DNA of 64,000 nt from Spirochaetia bacterium (lineage in GTDB: Bacteria; Spirochaetota; Spirochaetia; SZUA-6; Bin103): contig CBDAOI010000004.1 in the NCBI GenBank assembly GCA_965198005.1, forward strand, positions 1,120,001 through 1,184,000. Direction: 5' to 3'. The position numbers were made by a program, and so were the translations under genes. How positions within the stretch are numbered: the stretch's first letter is position 1; every line of letters starts with the position of its first letter. Shown in pieces: positions 1-10,235 of this stretch. The notes under the pieces were generated by a model. The model searched no databases, was not told where the DNA came from, and worked only from the letters and a program-made list of their open reading frames with translations.

Positions 1-352
1 CCGCGGCGGTCTGCAGGCGATTCCGAACGGCCAGTACGAGGCGGCGCAGGCGGTCGGCCTGAGCTACTGGAAGATGATGCGCCTGGTGGTCCTCCCTCAG
101 GCGCTCAAGATCGCGATTCCGGGGATCGTCAACACCTTCATCGGCCTGTTCAAGGACACCACGCTGGTGGTCACCATCGGGCTGTTCGACATTCTGGGCC
201 AGGCGCGGCTGCTGCAGACCAACCCGGACTGGATCGGCAAGGTCGATCACGAGACCTTCCTGATCGCGGCGCTGTTCTTCTTCGTGATCTGCTTCTCCAT
301 GTCGCGCTACTCGATCAACCTGGAGAGGCGCCTCGACACCACCCGTCAATAG
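1..352 (+). CDS. Polar amino-acid ABC transporter permease (AapM/GlnP-like), 5' truncated by window edge
   Basis: [16 protein letters not shown] loop and [28 protein letters not shown] motif; upstream of the cognate ATPase. Confidence 0.85.
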   Translation, partial: RGGLQAIPNGQYEAAQAVGLSYWKMMRLVVLPQALKIAIPGIVNTFIGLFKDTTLVVTIGLFDILGQARLLQTNPDWIGKVDHETFLIAALFFFVICFSMSRYSINLERRLDTTRQ

Positions 353-369
353 GGACAAGGGAGCGAAGC

Positions 370-1128
370 ATGTCAGACACCGACCACCGGTCTGCCGACG
401 AGCCGATCATCCGCATCACCGGCCTCAACAAGTGGTTCGGCGCACTGCACGTGCTGCGGGAGATCGACCTCACGGTGACGCGGCAGGAGCGCATCGTCAT
501 CTGCGGCCCCTCGGGTTCCGGCAAGTCGACGCTGATTCGCTGCATCAACCGGCTGGAGGAGCACCAGCAGGGATCGATCGTGGTGGAGGGCACCGAGCTC
601 ACGAACGACCTCAAGAACATCGACGCCATCCGCCGCGAGGTCGGCATGGTGTTCCAGCAGTTCAACCTGTTCCCGCATCTGACGGTGCTGCATAACTGCA
701 CACTGGCGCCGATCTGGGTGCGGAAGGTCTCTCGAGAGGAAGCCGAAGGGGCGGCGATGGAGTTCCTGGAGCGGGTGAAGATACCGGAGCAGGCGCACAA
801 GTACCCCGGCCAGCTCTCCGGCGGTCAGCAGCAACGCGTGGCGATCGCCCGCTCGCTGTGCATGCGCCCCAAGATCATGCTGTTCGACGAGCCCACCTCG
901 GCGCTCGACCCCGAGATGATCAAGGAAGTGCTCGACGTGATGGTGGACGTCGCCGAGTCCGGCATGACCATGCTGGTGGTGACCCACGAGATGGGCTTCG
1001 CCTCCCAGGTCGCCGACCGCGTGATGCTGATGGACGAGGGCCAGATCGTCGAGCAGAACACCCCGGACCAGTTCTTCAACAACCCCCAGTCCGACCGCAC
1101 CAAGCTGTTCCTGAGCCAGATTCTGTAG
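370..1128 (+). CDS. Polar amino-acid ABC transporter ATP-binding protein (AapP/GlnQ family)
   Basis: Walker [23 protein letters not shown] signature, [20 protein letters not shown]. Confidence 0.95.
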   Translation: MSDTDHRSADEPIIRITGLNKWFGALHVLREIDLTVTRQERIVICGPSGSGKSTLIRCINRLEEHQQGSIVVEGTELTNDLKNIDAIRREVGMVFQQFNLFPHLTVLHNCTLAPIWVRKVSREEAEGAAMEFLERVKIPEQAHKYPGQLSGGQQQRVAIARSLCMRPKIMLFDEPTSALDPEMIKEVLDVMVDVAESGMTMLVVTHEMGFASQVADRVMLMDEGQIVEQNTPDQFFNNPQSDRTKLFLSQIL

Positions 1129-1152
1129 CGTGGTGGGCGACGCGGAGCAGCC

Positions 1153-1632
1153 ATGGCCCTGATGACGAAAACCTGGACGGTGGCCGAGTACCACCGGCTG
1201 GTCGAGCCTCACGCATACGCCAGCGACGAGGCTGGGGAATACTTGGCGCGGCTGTTGGGTGAGCGCGCCAGGGTACGCCAGGCAAAGCCGATTACGCTCG
1301 CAGCAGTCGATTCCGAACCGGAGCCGGACTTGGCGATCGTACGGCGGTTGGGCCGCGAGTACCGCGACCATCACCCCTATCCGAACAACGTGCTGTGGCT
1401 CGTCGAGTACGCCAACACGAGCCTGAGCAAGGACCTCGACGCGAAGAAGCGGCTCTACGCCGCGGCCGGCATTCCGGAGTACTGGGTGGTGAACCTGCGG
1501 GACATGACGGTGCTGGTGTTCCGCGACCCGAGCGCAGAGACCTACGAGACCGAACAGACCCTGGAGAGCGGCGTCATTCATCCACTGGCGTTTCCGGACG
1601 TCGCCGTCTCCGTAAGCCGGCTGCTCTCTTGA
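1153..1632 (+). CDS. Uma2/DUF820 family endonuclease, apparently with an N-terminal internal deletion
   Basis: WTVAEYHRL start, EPEPDLAIV, LVEYANTSL..D...KKRLYAAAGIPEYWVVNL; the usual RVELIxGEI segment is missing. Confidence 0.75.
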   Translation: MALMTKTWTVAEYHRLVEPHAYASDEAGEYLARLLGERARVRQAKPITLAAVDSEPEPDLAIVRRLGREYRDHHPYPNNVLWLVEYANTSLSKDLDAKKRLYAAAGIPEYWVVNLRDMTVLVFRDPSAETYETEQTLESGVIHPLAFPDVAVSVSRLLS

Positions 1633-1651
1633 CGGTGCGTTCGAAGCGACG

Positions 1652-1716
1652 CTCGCCGGTCCGGTGCGGTTACCTGCGACTGCGCAGGCGTACCGCGGGA
1701 GTGGGCGAGGGGCCGG
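1652..1716 (+). repeat. Copy of a GC-rich hairpin element also in the dppA leaders (~6205-6275, ~12995-13062)
   Basis: Shares cctgcgactgcgcaggcgtaccgcgggagtgggcgaggggccgg with the other copies. Confidence 0.6.
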
Positions 1717-2175
1717 ACGATGCCCGCGGTCGTGGTGACCGGAGCCCGGCAGACTGGTAGTGCGGGCTCTCGTCATCCCGGCGCGGGTGGGGACAGGAAC
1801 TGACGCGCCGAGCGGGAAAGAACAGCTGCGCAAGCAGGGACGGCACCCTCGGTTCGAGACCGTTCTCCCGCAGGCTCGCGGCCCAGGAATCGAGATAATC
1901 CGCGACCGTGCGGTTGGCGGCGGCGTCCCACAGGTTCAGTCGTGCGCAGTCGCGCCACGGGGGGCGCTGATCCGCATCTGGTAGGGCCGATGGCGGCCAA
2001 ACACTCGCGGGGCCTGGGCGCCACGGAGCGACGTGGATCGGGGCCTCCGGAGCTGCTCCGAAGCCATCCAGCAGGACGCCGGCTGCCGATGCCAGCACGC
2101 CATGTACGCCCTTGAGGCTGGTGGCGCCCCAGTTGCCATTCCGGACCACCAGCACTGGGGCGGTCTGCTGGGCCA

Positions 2176-2560
2176 TCATTCCTCCCCGCTCACCTTGGGT
2201 GATGCAGGCAGCGTGCCCCGGGCACCGGACGCTTCGTCCCGCAGCATGCGCCGGAAGTCGCCGAGGTCACGGCAGATCCAGCCGGCAGCCTCGAACCGGG
2301 AGCGCTGTTGCGCGGGGAACTGCGGCGCAAAGAGCGCGAACTGGTGCTGCCACCCCGCAAAGCGTCGGCCGACGTCGGTGGCCAGGAAGCGGCCTACGTG
2401 GTCGCGGAAGGAGCGCACCGATTGCGCGTCGTGGCGGTCGGGATTGCGCTTGCAGGAGCCGAAGCGCACCCGCCGATGCTCCGCGTTCCAGGCGATGAAG
2501 TCGATCTCCACCGCTTCCCGTTGCCGTTGCGGCCGGTTCCAGAAGCCGGCGACGAGATGG
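2176..2560 (-). pseudogene. C-terminal fragment of an ATPase/PD-(D/E)XK nuclease-type protein
   Basis: GFWNR...VEIDFIAWN...RFGSCKR motif; no N-terminus, abuts an IS4 remnant. Confidence 0.45.
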
Positions 2561-2569
2561 GCAAGACCG

Positions 2570-3125
2570 GAGCGCTGTGGCGCATCCACTGGAGCGTATG
2601 CCTGCCGTCGCTGGCGTGCGACTTTTTCAGGTTGACGCCGACCGAGGGGCCGGGCACCGGCGGTCAGCTCATCGTACGCGTCAATACCGGTGCGCTGGGG
2701 CTGCGCACAACCCAGGGTGAGCCGTTCGACCTGCTCGCCGCGGTCAGTTCGCTGAAGCGTGCCGGCGCCATCAGGTCGTGGACAACGCAGGTGGTGATCA
2801 ACGATGACAGAGCACAACCGGCCAGAACCGTACCCGGTCGAGTGTGCGCGCTGCGCAAGTCGGCAGCAGCGATCAAGCTGGCGCACCGCAAAGTCCACCA
2901 GGAAGCAGCACGCAGGGGTAAGCGGACGCAAGCGGACACGCTGAGGTTTGCCGAGTACGTGATCGTGTTCACCACCTTTCCGGCGGCGACCTTCAGTGCC
3001 GCCGAGATTCCGGAGTGGTATCGCCTACGCTGGCAGATGGAGTTGGTGTTCAAACGGTTCAAATCGTTGGCGCAGTTGGGCCACCTGCCGAACTACGACG
3101 ACGACAGCGCCAAAGCGTGGTGGGC
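2570..3125 (+). mobile_element. IS4-family DDE transposase remnant
   Basis: YVIVFTT...WYRLRWQMELVFKRFKS (YREK-like) motif; truncated on both sides. Confidence 0.7.
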
Positions 3126-3157
3126 TCGCCGACTCGACAGGTCCTGGTGCGCCACGT

Positions 3158-3240
3158 TGACGATCGTGGTGTACAGTTTCAACATGCTGGGCGACGCCCT
3201 GCGCGATTTGCTCGATCCGCGCCTGCGCGGCAGCGCCGGG
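3158..3240 (+). pseudogene. dppC-type permease 3' tail fragment
   Basis: LTIVVYSFNMLGDALRDLLDPRLRG, nearly identical to 11468-11545. Confidence 0.8.
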
Positions 3241-3248
3241 CGCACGGC

Positions 3249-3326
3249 ATGGCGCGCGAGTTGCATCAGCCGCACGACAACCTGTTCCGCAAAGTGTTCT
3301 CCGAGGAGGCCGAGGCGGCCGGCTGA
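3249..3326 (+). pseudogene. Rpn-family (Transposase_31) N-terminal fragment
   Basis: MARELHQPHDNLFRKVFSEEAEAA parallels MAGEISKPHDHLFRSVFRDESEAA at 36399. Confidence 0.65.
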
Positions 3327-3443
3327 GGTAGCTTGGTTCAAGCACCGACGGGTAGCGAGGGAGCCAATCCTGACGGCGGCGGAGGTCGCGGAGGCGACGG
3401 GCCCGGATTCGTGCCCGTGAAACAGCCAGAGAACGGCGTGACT

Positions 3444-3662
3444 ATGAAGAAGGAAGCTGACAGAGCCGGCGCCGACGACTTGCGCGAGGAGTACGACTTC
3501 TCGCGTGGAGTCCGGGGTAAATACGCCCAGCGATACTCCGAGGGTACCAACATCATCATCCTCGATGCGGACGTCGCCAAGGTGTTTCGTGACTCGGAGT
3601 CGGTAAACAAAGCTCTGCGCGCACTGGTGGAAGTGGCGAACAAGACGGCAGCGGGTAGCTGA
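3444..3662 (+). CDS. BrnA-like antitoxin; only the tail of the BrnT-like toxin (..ARETARERRDYEEGS*) survives upstream
   Basis: DDLREEYDFSRGVRGKY...LDADVAKVF.DSESVNKALRAL motif; overlapping toxin-tail stop at 3460. Confidence 0.65.
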   Translation: MKKEADRAGADDLREEYDFSRGVRGKYAQRYSEGTNIIILDADVAKVFRDSESVNKALRALVEVANKTAAGS

Positions 3663-3942
3663 CTATCGCTGGACTTCGGCCGTCGGGACGACACGAGCGC
3701 GGCGTGCGGCTTGGCGATGCCGGTGCCCGTATCACGGGCACGGCTCCTAAGAAACAACAGTTTCTTACATGACCACGCCGGGCCCCGCCCGGTGGGAAGC
3801 TCCTCACTGAACCGTTTGTCCAATGCGATTCCGAGCATCCGGCCGCTCGGGGCGGGGTCCACGAGGGCGACCAGTTCCACACCGGGATGGGTTGCGTACC
3901 ACGCAATGTGATTGTAGACGCCGGCACCGCCGTCTGACGCGG

Positions 3943-5694
3943 TTACCTCCGCACGGCATCGTAGAACACCATCTCCCAGCCGTGGAACACCGCGATCAGG
4001 CCGATGAAGCGCACCCCCGGGAACTGCCGCGCCAGCCGCTCCTCCGCCAGATACCGCTCGAGTTGCGCCGTCGCCTCTCCGACCGCCGCCGCCACGCCGG
4101 CCTCGTTCGCCGACTCGCTGCGCTTCAGGTACTTGAGCTCGATCAGGTAGCCCCGCTGCAGGTGCGGATAGCGCGCCACCAGCGGCTCCAGGCAGATGTC
4201 CGCGTGTCCCTTTCCCAGCTCCGCCTCCGAGCGGAACACGTAGTAGTCGGTCACGCTCAGATAGGCGGCCAGAAACCCCTGGATCACCTTCTCCCCGCCG
4301 ATGTAGTCGCGAATCCCCGTCTGCCGCGCGATAGCGTCGCTCAGGAACTCGAACGCCGGCCGCCATTCGCCCCGGTTGGCCATCCCCATCATCAACTGCT
4401 CGAACCGGAACAGATTGACCGAGAACACCCCCACGTCGCGGTAGCCATCGCGCAGGAAGCCGTACATCAACCGCTTCACGGTCTGGTTCGGGATCGCCAG
4501 CCGGGGCACGCGATCCACCACGTCGCGGATGCTCAACAGCCCGAAGTAGTGCAGCAGGGAGAGAAAGTTCTCCGGCTTGGTGAGGTCGTTCAGCGGAAAG
4601 CCGGGCTGGATGCGGGTGTCCACCTGCTCCTCGCCGATCACGTCCCGCAGCAGGTCGAAGTTGCCGTTGAGCTGCCGGCCGGTCACCAGCAAATGGCGCA
4701 GCTTGCCGTAGTCGATGCGCACGTTGGTGTCGATCAGGTAGGTCGGCACATCTCGATTCGGAATAGAATGCTTCAGGTAGTAGAGCACCATGTCGGTGTT
4801 GTACAGATCGGTCTCGGCTTCCTCGGCGAAGCGGTAGCCGTTGTACCACTGGCCCATGATGCCCATGGCGGTCGCGACCTCCTGGTTGAACACGCCCAGC
4901 TCCCGGTAGGTCTCGACCAGGTGCCGCACCTCCGCCTCGGTGAAGCCGACCATCTCGTTGAAGTCGGGCTCCAGGCTGATGTTGGTGCCGATGTTGAAGC
5001 CGCTGGTCACGTCGTCCATCGTGATCGGCGACACGCCGGTGATGAACAGCCGCTCCAGACCGCCGCCGGTGCGCCCCGCCCCGGACTTCAGGGTGGCGAA
5101 GAAGTTGCGGTAGAAGCCACCGCCGTGGGTAAAGGAGTGGTACGCCTCGGCGCCGTGGTACGCGAGCACGGTGTTGGCGAAGTTGTCGTACTCGTCGATC
5201 AGCACGTACAGCGGGATGTCATGGTCGCCCGCGTACCGGAACAGCTCGGATAGCTTGGTGGCGATGGAGGGCGGCGCCAGGATCCGCCGCCGCGCCGCTT
5301 CGGGAAACAGGTCGGGATGCCGCTCCAGCGTGCCCCGGAGCGCTATGAGGCAGTAGGTCTCGAACTCCCGCTCCAGGGTGTCGAGCGCGTCGTTGACGGT
5401 TGAAAAGTCGAAGCGCAGGGTTACGTAGCGGCTTTGTTCCCCGGTCGGGTCCTGCCCGATGTCGGTGGCGGCGAAGGTGGCGTCGAAGTCGCCGGCCCAG
5501 AAGCGGTCATAGTAGTTCTCCAGCAGCGACACCCACAGCGACTTGCCGAAGCGGCGCGGGCGGATCAGAAAGGCGTAGCGCTCCTCCTCCAGACGCCGCA
5601 GGAAGCGGGTCTTGTCGACGTACAGCCACCGGTTCCGGCGGATGCGCTGAAAGTCGGCCTCGCCGTAGGGGATGCGCGGGTGGTCGGATGGCAT
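3943..5694 (-). CDS. AAA-ATPase-like + PD-(D/E)XK nuclease (PDDEXK_9-type) protein
   Basis: IPYG.ADF, YVDKT, RPRRFGKSL, VLIDEYD, FITGVSP, WYNGY, SEAELGKGHADI..IELKY. Confidence 0.9.
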   Translation of the reverse strand: MPSDHPRIPYGEADFQRIRRNRWLYVDKTRFLRRLEEERYAFLIRPRRFGKSLWVSLLENYYDRFWAGDFDATFAATDIGQDPTGEQSRYVTLRFDFSTVNDALDTLEREFETYCLIALRGTLERHPDLFPEAARRRILAPPSIATKLSELFRYAGDHDIPLYVLIDEYDNFANTVLAYHGAEAYHSFTHGGGFYRNFFATLKSGAGRTGGGLERLFITGVSPITMDDVTSGFNIGTNISLEPDFNEMVGFTEAEVRHLVETYRELGVFNQEVATAMGIMGQWYNGYRFAEEAETDLYNTDMVLYYLKHSIPNRDVPTYLIDTNVRIDYGKLRHLLVTGRQLNGNFDLLRDVIGEEQVDTRIQPGFPLNDLTKPENFLSLLHYFGLLSIRDVVDRVPRLAIPNQTVKRLMYGFLRDGYRDVGVFSVNLFRFEQLMMGMANRGEWRPAFEFLSDAIARQTGIRDYIGGEKVIQGFLAAYLSVTDYYVFRSEAELGKGHADICLEPLVARYPHLQRGYLIELKYLKRSESANEAGVAAAVGEATAQLERYLAEERLARQFPGVRFIGLIAVFHGWEMVFYDAVRR

Positions 5695-5809
5695 GATCAC
5701 TGCGGTACCCTGGACGCTGACTCTATCGTTTCCAAGGCGCGTGAAGCAATGGAGCGCGGTAGTCTCGGTAGTCTCCTTGTCGGATCCATCGGGACGGCAG
5801 CGAGCAACG

Positions 5810-5990
5810 ACCTCGTAGACGTGCGTGAGCAGCCGTGCCCAGGCCTCGCGACATCCGCTGGCGTCGGGATGGTCGGGCTCCGAGGGTATGGAGTCATACT
5901 CCAGCGCGCGGCGCAACGGGGTCGGCACCGTGCGCGTTCTGCGCCCGACCTCCAGGACTGCGCCGTCGGGAGCGTGGGTCACCAGCACAC
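5810..5990 (-). pseudogene. Fused remnants: DUF222/HNH piece joined to an IS91-like transposase C-terminal piece
   Basis: GAVLEVGRRTRTVPTPLRRAL (DUF222-HNH) followed by WARLLTHVYEV (IS91-like). Confidence 0.45.
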
Positions 5991-6295
5991 GGCCGGCGGC
6001 GCCGGCGCTGCCGGCCGTTCAGACTCCCGGCTGCGCCGGCCACCAGCCACAGGTGGCACACCGCCTCGCGTGGCGTGGTGAACGCGGTCCCGACGCCCAT
6101 CGGGCGGCCGGCGTATGCACGCGTTCAAAGAAGGAAGGGATGACGCCCCGCACCGGATACGACTAATGCCCGAGCGGCCAGCTTCCGACTCGGCACCCGA
6201 GGATCTGCCGCCCTCGCTTTCCGGTTGCCTGCGACTGCGCAGGGCTACCGCGGGAGTGGGCGAGGGGCCGGCAGTGAGGCAAGAGGAGACATCTC
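5990..6295 (+). promoter_or_regulatory. Conserved 5' leader of a dppA-type gene, copy 1
   Basis: ~300 nt homologous to 12770-13110; ends in gaggagacatctcATG. Confidence 0.6.
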
Positions 6296-6450
6296 ATGAG
6301 ATACGTTCCATTCAGAAAGTGCCTCGCGGTACTGTCCGTGCTGGTCCTGACCGCAACCGGCCTCTGGGCCGCTGGCGAGGAGGAGCCGGCAGCCGCCGCC
6401 GACAAGAAGTATGTGACCGACCCCACCACCGGCAAGGTGGTAGTGGCGCC
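6296..6450 (+). pseudogene. dppA-type substrate-binding protein, signal-peptide fragment only
   Basis: MRYVPFRKCLAVLSVLVLTATGLWAA..VTDPTTGK, near-identical to the 13111 start; jumps directly into dppB sequence. Confidence 0.8.
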
Positions 6451-6454
6451 GGGC

Positions 6455-7230
6455 GCTCGAGCATATGCTCGGACTGGACGTGCCCGTCCACGTGCAGTAT
6501 GCACGCTGGATTGGAGGCGTCCTCCGGCACGGCAGCCTCGGCCACTCCCTGCTTGGCAGCCGTGGAGCGGTGGAGGAGAAGATAATCGACCGGCTGCCGG
6601 TAACTCATCGGGCTGGCCATAGCGCTGCCGGTCGGCATCTATTCGGCGATGCGCCAGGATACCGCCGCCGACTACGTGGGGCGTTCGGTCGCCATCATCG
6701 GCCTGGCAACGCCCAACTTCTGGCTGGCGACCATGGTCGTGCTCTACCCGTCACTCTGGTGGGCGTGGTCGCCGCCGTTGAATTGGGTTCCTTTCACTGA
6801 AGACCCGCTGGGGAATCTCGGCATCCTCATCATTCCCAGCCTGATTCTGGGCACGGGTCTGGCGGCCGTCACCATGCGCATGACGCGCACCATGATGCTG
6901 GAGGTGCTCCGGCAGGACTACATCCGCACCGCCTGGTCGAAGGGTCTCAGGGAGCGGGGGGTCGTCATGCGCCACGCCGTCAAGAACGCCCTGATCCCGG
7001 TGGTGTCGCTGATCGGCCTGCAGTTGCCGATCCTGATAGGTGGCTCGGTCATCATGGAGACCATCTTCAGCCTGCCGGGATTGGGTCTTCTCATGCTGAC
7101 TGCGCTGGAAAATCGAGACTACCCGGTGGTCTCCGGGGTCAACCTGGTTTTCGCCACCGCGGTGGTGCTGTTCAATCTCCTGATCGACCTGCTCTACACT
7201 TGGCTGGACCCGAGGGTGCGGTATGACTGA
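6455..7230 (+). pseudogene. dppB-type ABC permease, 5' deleted and frameshifted
   Basis: MLGLDVPVHVQYARW, MRMTRTMMLEVLRQDYIRTAWSKGL, LDPRVRY; segment after RLPVT missing. Confidence 0.85.
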
Positions 7231-7320
7231 CGCGCGGGGGCCGTTTGCCGATTTCTTCGGCAGGTTGTGGCGGCAGAAGCCCCTGGGCATCGCCAGCGGG
7301 GTCGTCATCGTGATCCTGAT
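7223..7320 (+). pseudogene. dppC-type permease N-terminal part, interrupted by the transposon
   Basis: FFGRLWRQKPLGIASGVVIVILI stops at the TGTTGCC element end. Confidence 0.75.
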
Positions 7321-7432
7321 TGTTGCCGGCCAGCCGCCGTTTCCAAACCGTGCCAAGCAGGATTGCCGCAGCGCGCCTGGCACTGATGCCGGGCGGCCGC
7401 CAGCGGGGAGTGCCGCCGACGGCTGGTGGAGG

Positions 7433-8230
7433 TTAGCTGTCGAGTTCATCGGTAACGATGTTGGTGGAGTCGATGATGCTGATGTCGTTGACGACGGCGT
7501 GCAGGATGGAGCGATAGCAGACGGCGTTGACCAGGCGCGGAACGCCGCCGGCGTGGCGGTGAATGTCAGCTTTGGCATCATCGGCGAAGATCGAGGCAGG
7601 GCGGCCACAGCGGACGGTGTGGTGGTCGATGTAGCGACAGGTCTCCTCCAGAGCCATGGCCGGCATGTGATAGGAGATACGGATGCGCTGGCGCAAGGAA
7701 GCGAAGGAAGCATATCTGAGCAACTCGCGCAGCTCGGGTTGGCCGGCGAGGACGAAGGTGATGGAGTTTTTGGTGTCGAAGGCGAAGTTGACCATGTTCT
7801 TGATGGCCGTCAGGGCGGTGGCCGCAAGGTCCTGAGCATCGTCGAGGATGACTAGTGGTTTCTTGGTCAGCTCGGGGATGGTCTTGAAGAACAGCTGCTT
7901 GGCCTGGCCGGCGAAGAACGGCGGATCGATCTTCAACTCATCGAGGATCGCCTTGTAGAGCTGGGCTTCCGAGAGGCCGGCAGCGCGGACGTAGAGGGGG
8001 CGGTAGCGGTTGCCGTCGAGTTCGCTGACGAAGGCGGCGAGGGCGACCGACTTGCCGCAACCGATAGGGCCGGTGAGGAGCAGGATATCCTCGTCGGCGA
8101 CGCCGAAGGAGAGGCGGGAGAGCGCCTCCTGATGGGCGGTGGAGGGGAACGTGTCGGCGGGCTGGAGGTGCTTGCCGAACGGCAGGCGGGAGAAGCCGAA
8201 GAAGGAGAGGACGTGATCATGCATCTGCAT
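7433..8230 (-). CDS. ExeA/AAA_22-type transposition ATPase
   Basis: FFGFSRLPFGK, LLTGPIGCGKS, VILDDAQDL, LAGQPEL, LRQRI, GGVPRLVN. Confidence 0.85.
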   Translation of the reverse strand: MQMHDHVLSFFGFSRLPFGKHLQPADTFPSTAHQEALSRLSFGVADEDILLLTGPIGCGKSVALAAFVSELDGNRYRPLYVRAAGLSEAQLYKAILDELKIDPPFFAGQAKQLFFKTIPELTKKPLVILDDAQDLAATALTAIKNMVNFAFDTKNSITFVLAGQPELRELLRYASFASLRQRIRISYHMPAMALEETCRYIDHHTVRCGRPASIFADDAKADIHRHAGGVPRLVNAVCYRSILHAVVNDISIIDSTNIVTDELDS

Positions 8231-9620
8231 CGTGGTGCTCCTTGGGGGTAGTGCGGAACTGGCTGAACGAAGTCTGGTTGCGGTCGCGGAGCTGGGCGTG
8301 GTGCTGCTCGCGCAGGCGGGTGAAGTAGTCCCGGGCGGCGGCCGACACCTCGGGCGGCTTGGCGCGGGACTCCTCGGGGACCGCCGGCACCTGTGTGGTG
8401 ACCTGTTTGGAGGCGCTGGTGGTCTCCAGCAGGCCGCCGCCGGGGTCGTAGATGGCCAGCTGGGCGAGGTCGTAGGGGTCGAAGCGGACCTCGACGACGC
8501 TGCCATGGGGGACGCTGGTGATGGGGTATTGGTTGCCGTGCAGCTTGATCCTGCCGTACTTGGTGACGGTGCGCCGTTCGCGCCACAGGAACAGGGCGTT
8601 GAAGGTCTCCAGATCGGTGATCCGGCGGTGGTCGGCGGGCAGCCCGTCGCGGAAACGTGCATCTGGACTCTGGCCGGTGGCTGAGTGGACGCGGACGTTG
8701 TATTCCAGATCCATCCAGGCCCAGAAGGCGGAGTTCAGTTCATCGAGAGTACGCATCCCGGCGACTTGGGCCTCACGTTGGAACTGGTTCTTGATGATCT
8801 TGTTGAGCGCCTCGACTTTCCCCTTGCAATAGCTTTGATAGGGCGGGTGGCGCACTCGTTTGACCTGTAACTCGACCAGGATGGCCATCATGTGGCGCGA
8901 GATGTAAACTTTTCCGTTGTCGACGTAGCACCGAACCGGCACGCCGTAACGCAGGACGCAATAGCGGAAGCTGTCCATCAGGGCGGGCAGCTTCTCGTCG
9001 AAATAGTACTTGCCGAACAGGATTTTGCGGGAGAAGTCGTCGATCCAGAGGAACAGGTAGGTTTTCTTGCGGCCTTGGGGGGTGTTGAGCCAGATGCCGT
9101 CGCGGGCGTCGGCCTGCAGGAGGGCCAGGGAGTGCGGTGCCTCGAACGAGCGGTAGGAGCTGCGCGAGTCTTCAGCGAGCATGCGGTAGCGGACCTGTTG
9201 GGTGAGACCCTGCTCGGCCAGGAAGCGGTAGATGGTGCGATCTGAGATGCGGTTGATCTTGCTGCCCAACTGATCGTCGGCGGCGAGCAGCTTGCGCAGT
9301 TGAGGGATGCTCCTGGTGGGCAGCTCGTTGACCAGATCGAGGAGCTTGGCGCGCAGCCCAGGATCGTGGACGCGAGGCGAGGTGGGCCGCGGCCGGTAGA
9401 ACAGCAGCCCCCGGGGGCCCTTCTTGCGGTAGCGGTGGAGATAGCCTCGGATGGTGCGCCCGCCAACCCGATGCTGCTCACAGTAGCGGCGGCGTTCAGC
9501 GCGTTTGTCGGCGTTCCCGATGTGCGGGTCGAGCAGCATCTCGACCAAGCGCAGGCGTTCGTCAAACGCCTCCATGGCCGCGTCCGGGATCTGCTCCCAA
9601 GGGAAGTCGGGGCCGCTCAT
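8217..9620 (-). CDS. DDE integrase-core transposase with Mu-like C-terminal domain
   Basis: LLQADARDG, IDDFSRKI, YVDNGKVY, KGKVEALN, YNVRVHSATGQSP, RTVTKYGRIKLHGNQY. Confidence 0.9.
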   Translation of the reverse strand: MSGPDFPWEQIPDAAMEAFDERLRLVEMLLDPHIGNADKRAERRRYCEQHRVGGRTIRGYLHRYRKKGPRGLLFYRPRPTSPRVHDPGLRAKLLDLVNELPTRSIPQLRKLLAADDQLGSKINRISDRTIYRFLAEQGLTQQVRYRMLAEDSRSSYRSFEAPHSLALLQADARDGIWLNTPQGRKKTYLFLWIDDFSRKILFGKYYFDEKLPALMDSFRYCVLRYGVPVRCYVDNGKVYISRHMMAILVELQVKRVRHPPYQSYCKGKVEALNKIIKNQFQREAQVAGMRTLDELNSAFWAWMDLEYNVRVHSATGQSPDARFRDGLPADHRRITDLETFNALFLWRERRTVTKYGRIKLHGNQYPITSVPHGSVVEVRFDPYDLAQLAIYDPGGGLLETTSASKQVTTQVPAVPEESRAKPPEVSAAARDYFTRLREQHHAQLRDRNQTSFSQFRTTPKEHHDADA

Positions 9621-10210
9621 TCGAGGTCCTCGCGCTCGCCGACGACGGCCCGCCGGCACAGCCAATCGCGGTACTCGCTGGTGAGCTCGTCGAGGGACAG
9701 GCGCGGCTGCTCAGCGTACAGCTCACGCAGGCGCTCGACCTCCTCGGCGAGCTTCTGCAGCAGCACCTCGCCGGCTACCTCCAGGTGGTGTGAATCGATC
9801 TGCTGCCACGGCTCGGGAGTGAGGAACAACTCCAGCACCCAGTCACAGAGAAACTGCAACCGGTCGCCGATCAGCTGCAGCAGCTGGGAGAGTTCATCGA
9901 ACCCGCCCAGCACGCACTGGGGAGCATCGATGAGCTGGCTCAGAATGTTCTCCCGCACCAGCGCCGCCTGGCGGCTGAAGATCGACCCCCGGGTGTGGTC
10001 GGCGTGCAGCAACGCCGTCGCATCGCTGCTGCGGTAGCCAGCCAGGGCACGCCACAGATCGCGCTCATCGGCGCTCCTGCGCCGGCAATGCTCCAGCAAC
10101 CAGTCGCGGCGGCGTGGCGGTGGCGTCGGTTCGGTCAAGATCCGATGAAAGAGCAGCAGCAGCTCTTCCAGCTGCGCCAAACGGTCGGGGGAAACCAGTA
10201 GTTGATCCAC
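9617..10210 (-). CDS. Hypothetical helical protein within the transposon
   Basis: 197-aa ORF whose stop overlaps the transposase ATG (ATGA coupling). Confidence 0.6.
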   Translation of the reverse strand: MDQLLVSPDRLAQLEELLLLFHRILTEPTPPPRRRDWLLEHCRRRSADERDLWRALAGYRSSDATALLHADHTRGSIFSRQAALVRENILSQLIDAPQCVLGGFDELSQLLQLIGDRLQFLCDWVLELFLTPEPWQQIDSHHLEVAGEVLLQKLAEEVERLRELYAEQPRLSLDELTSEYRDWLCRRAVVGEREDLE

Positions 10211-10235
10211 TTTGATGCCTCCTGAGGGTGGATGC

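Noticed and set aside
2308-3420. 370-aa ORF as one protein
   Set aside because: Chance read-through of IS4, dppC and other fragments.
5695-5988. N-terminal extension of the AAA/PD-(D/E)XK ORF
   Set aside because: Composed of HNH and IS91-like remnants; the family start is at 5694.
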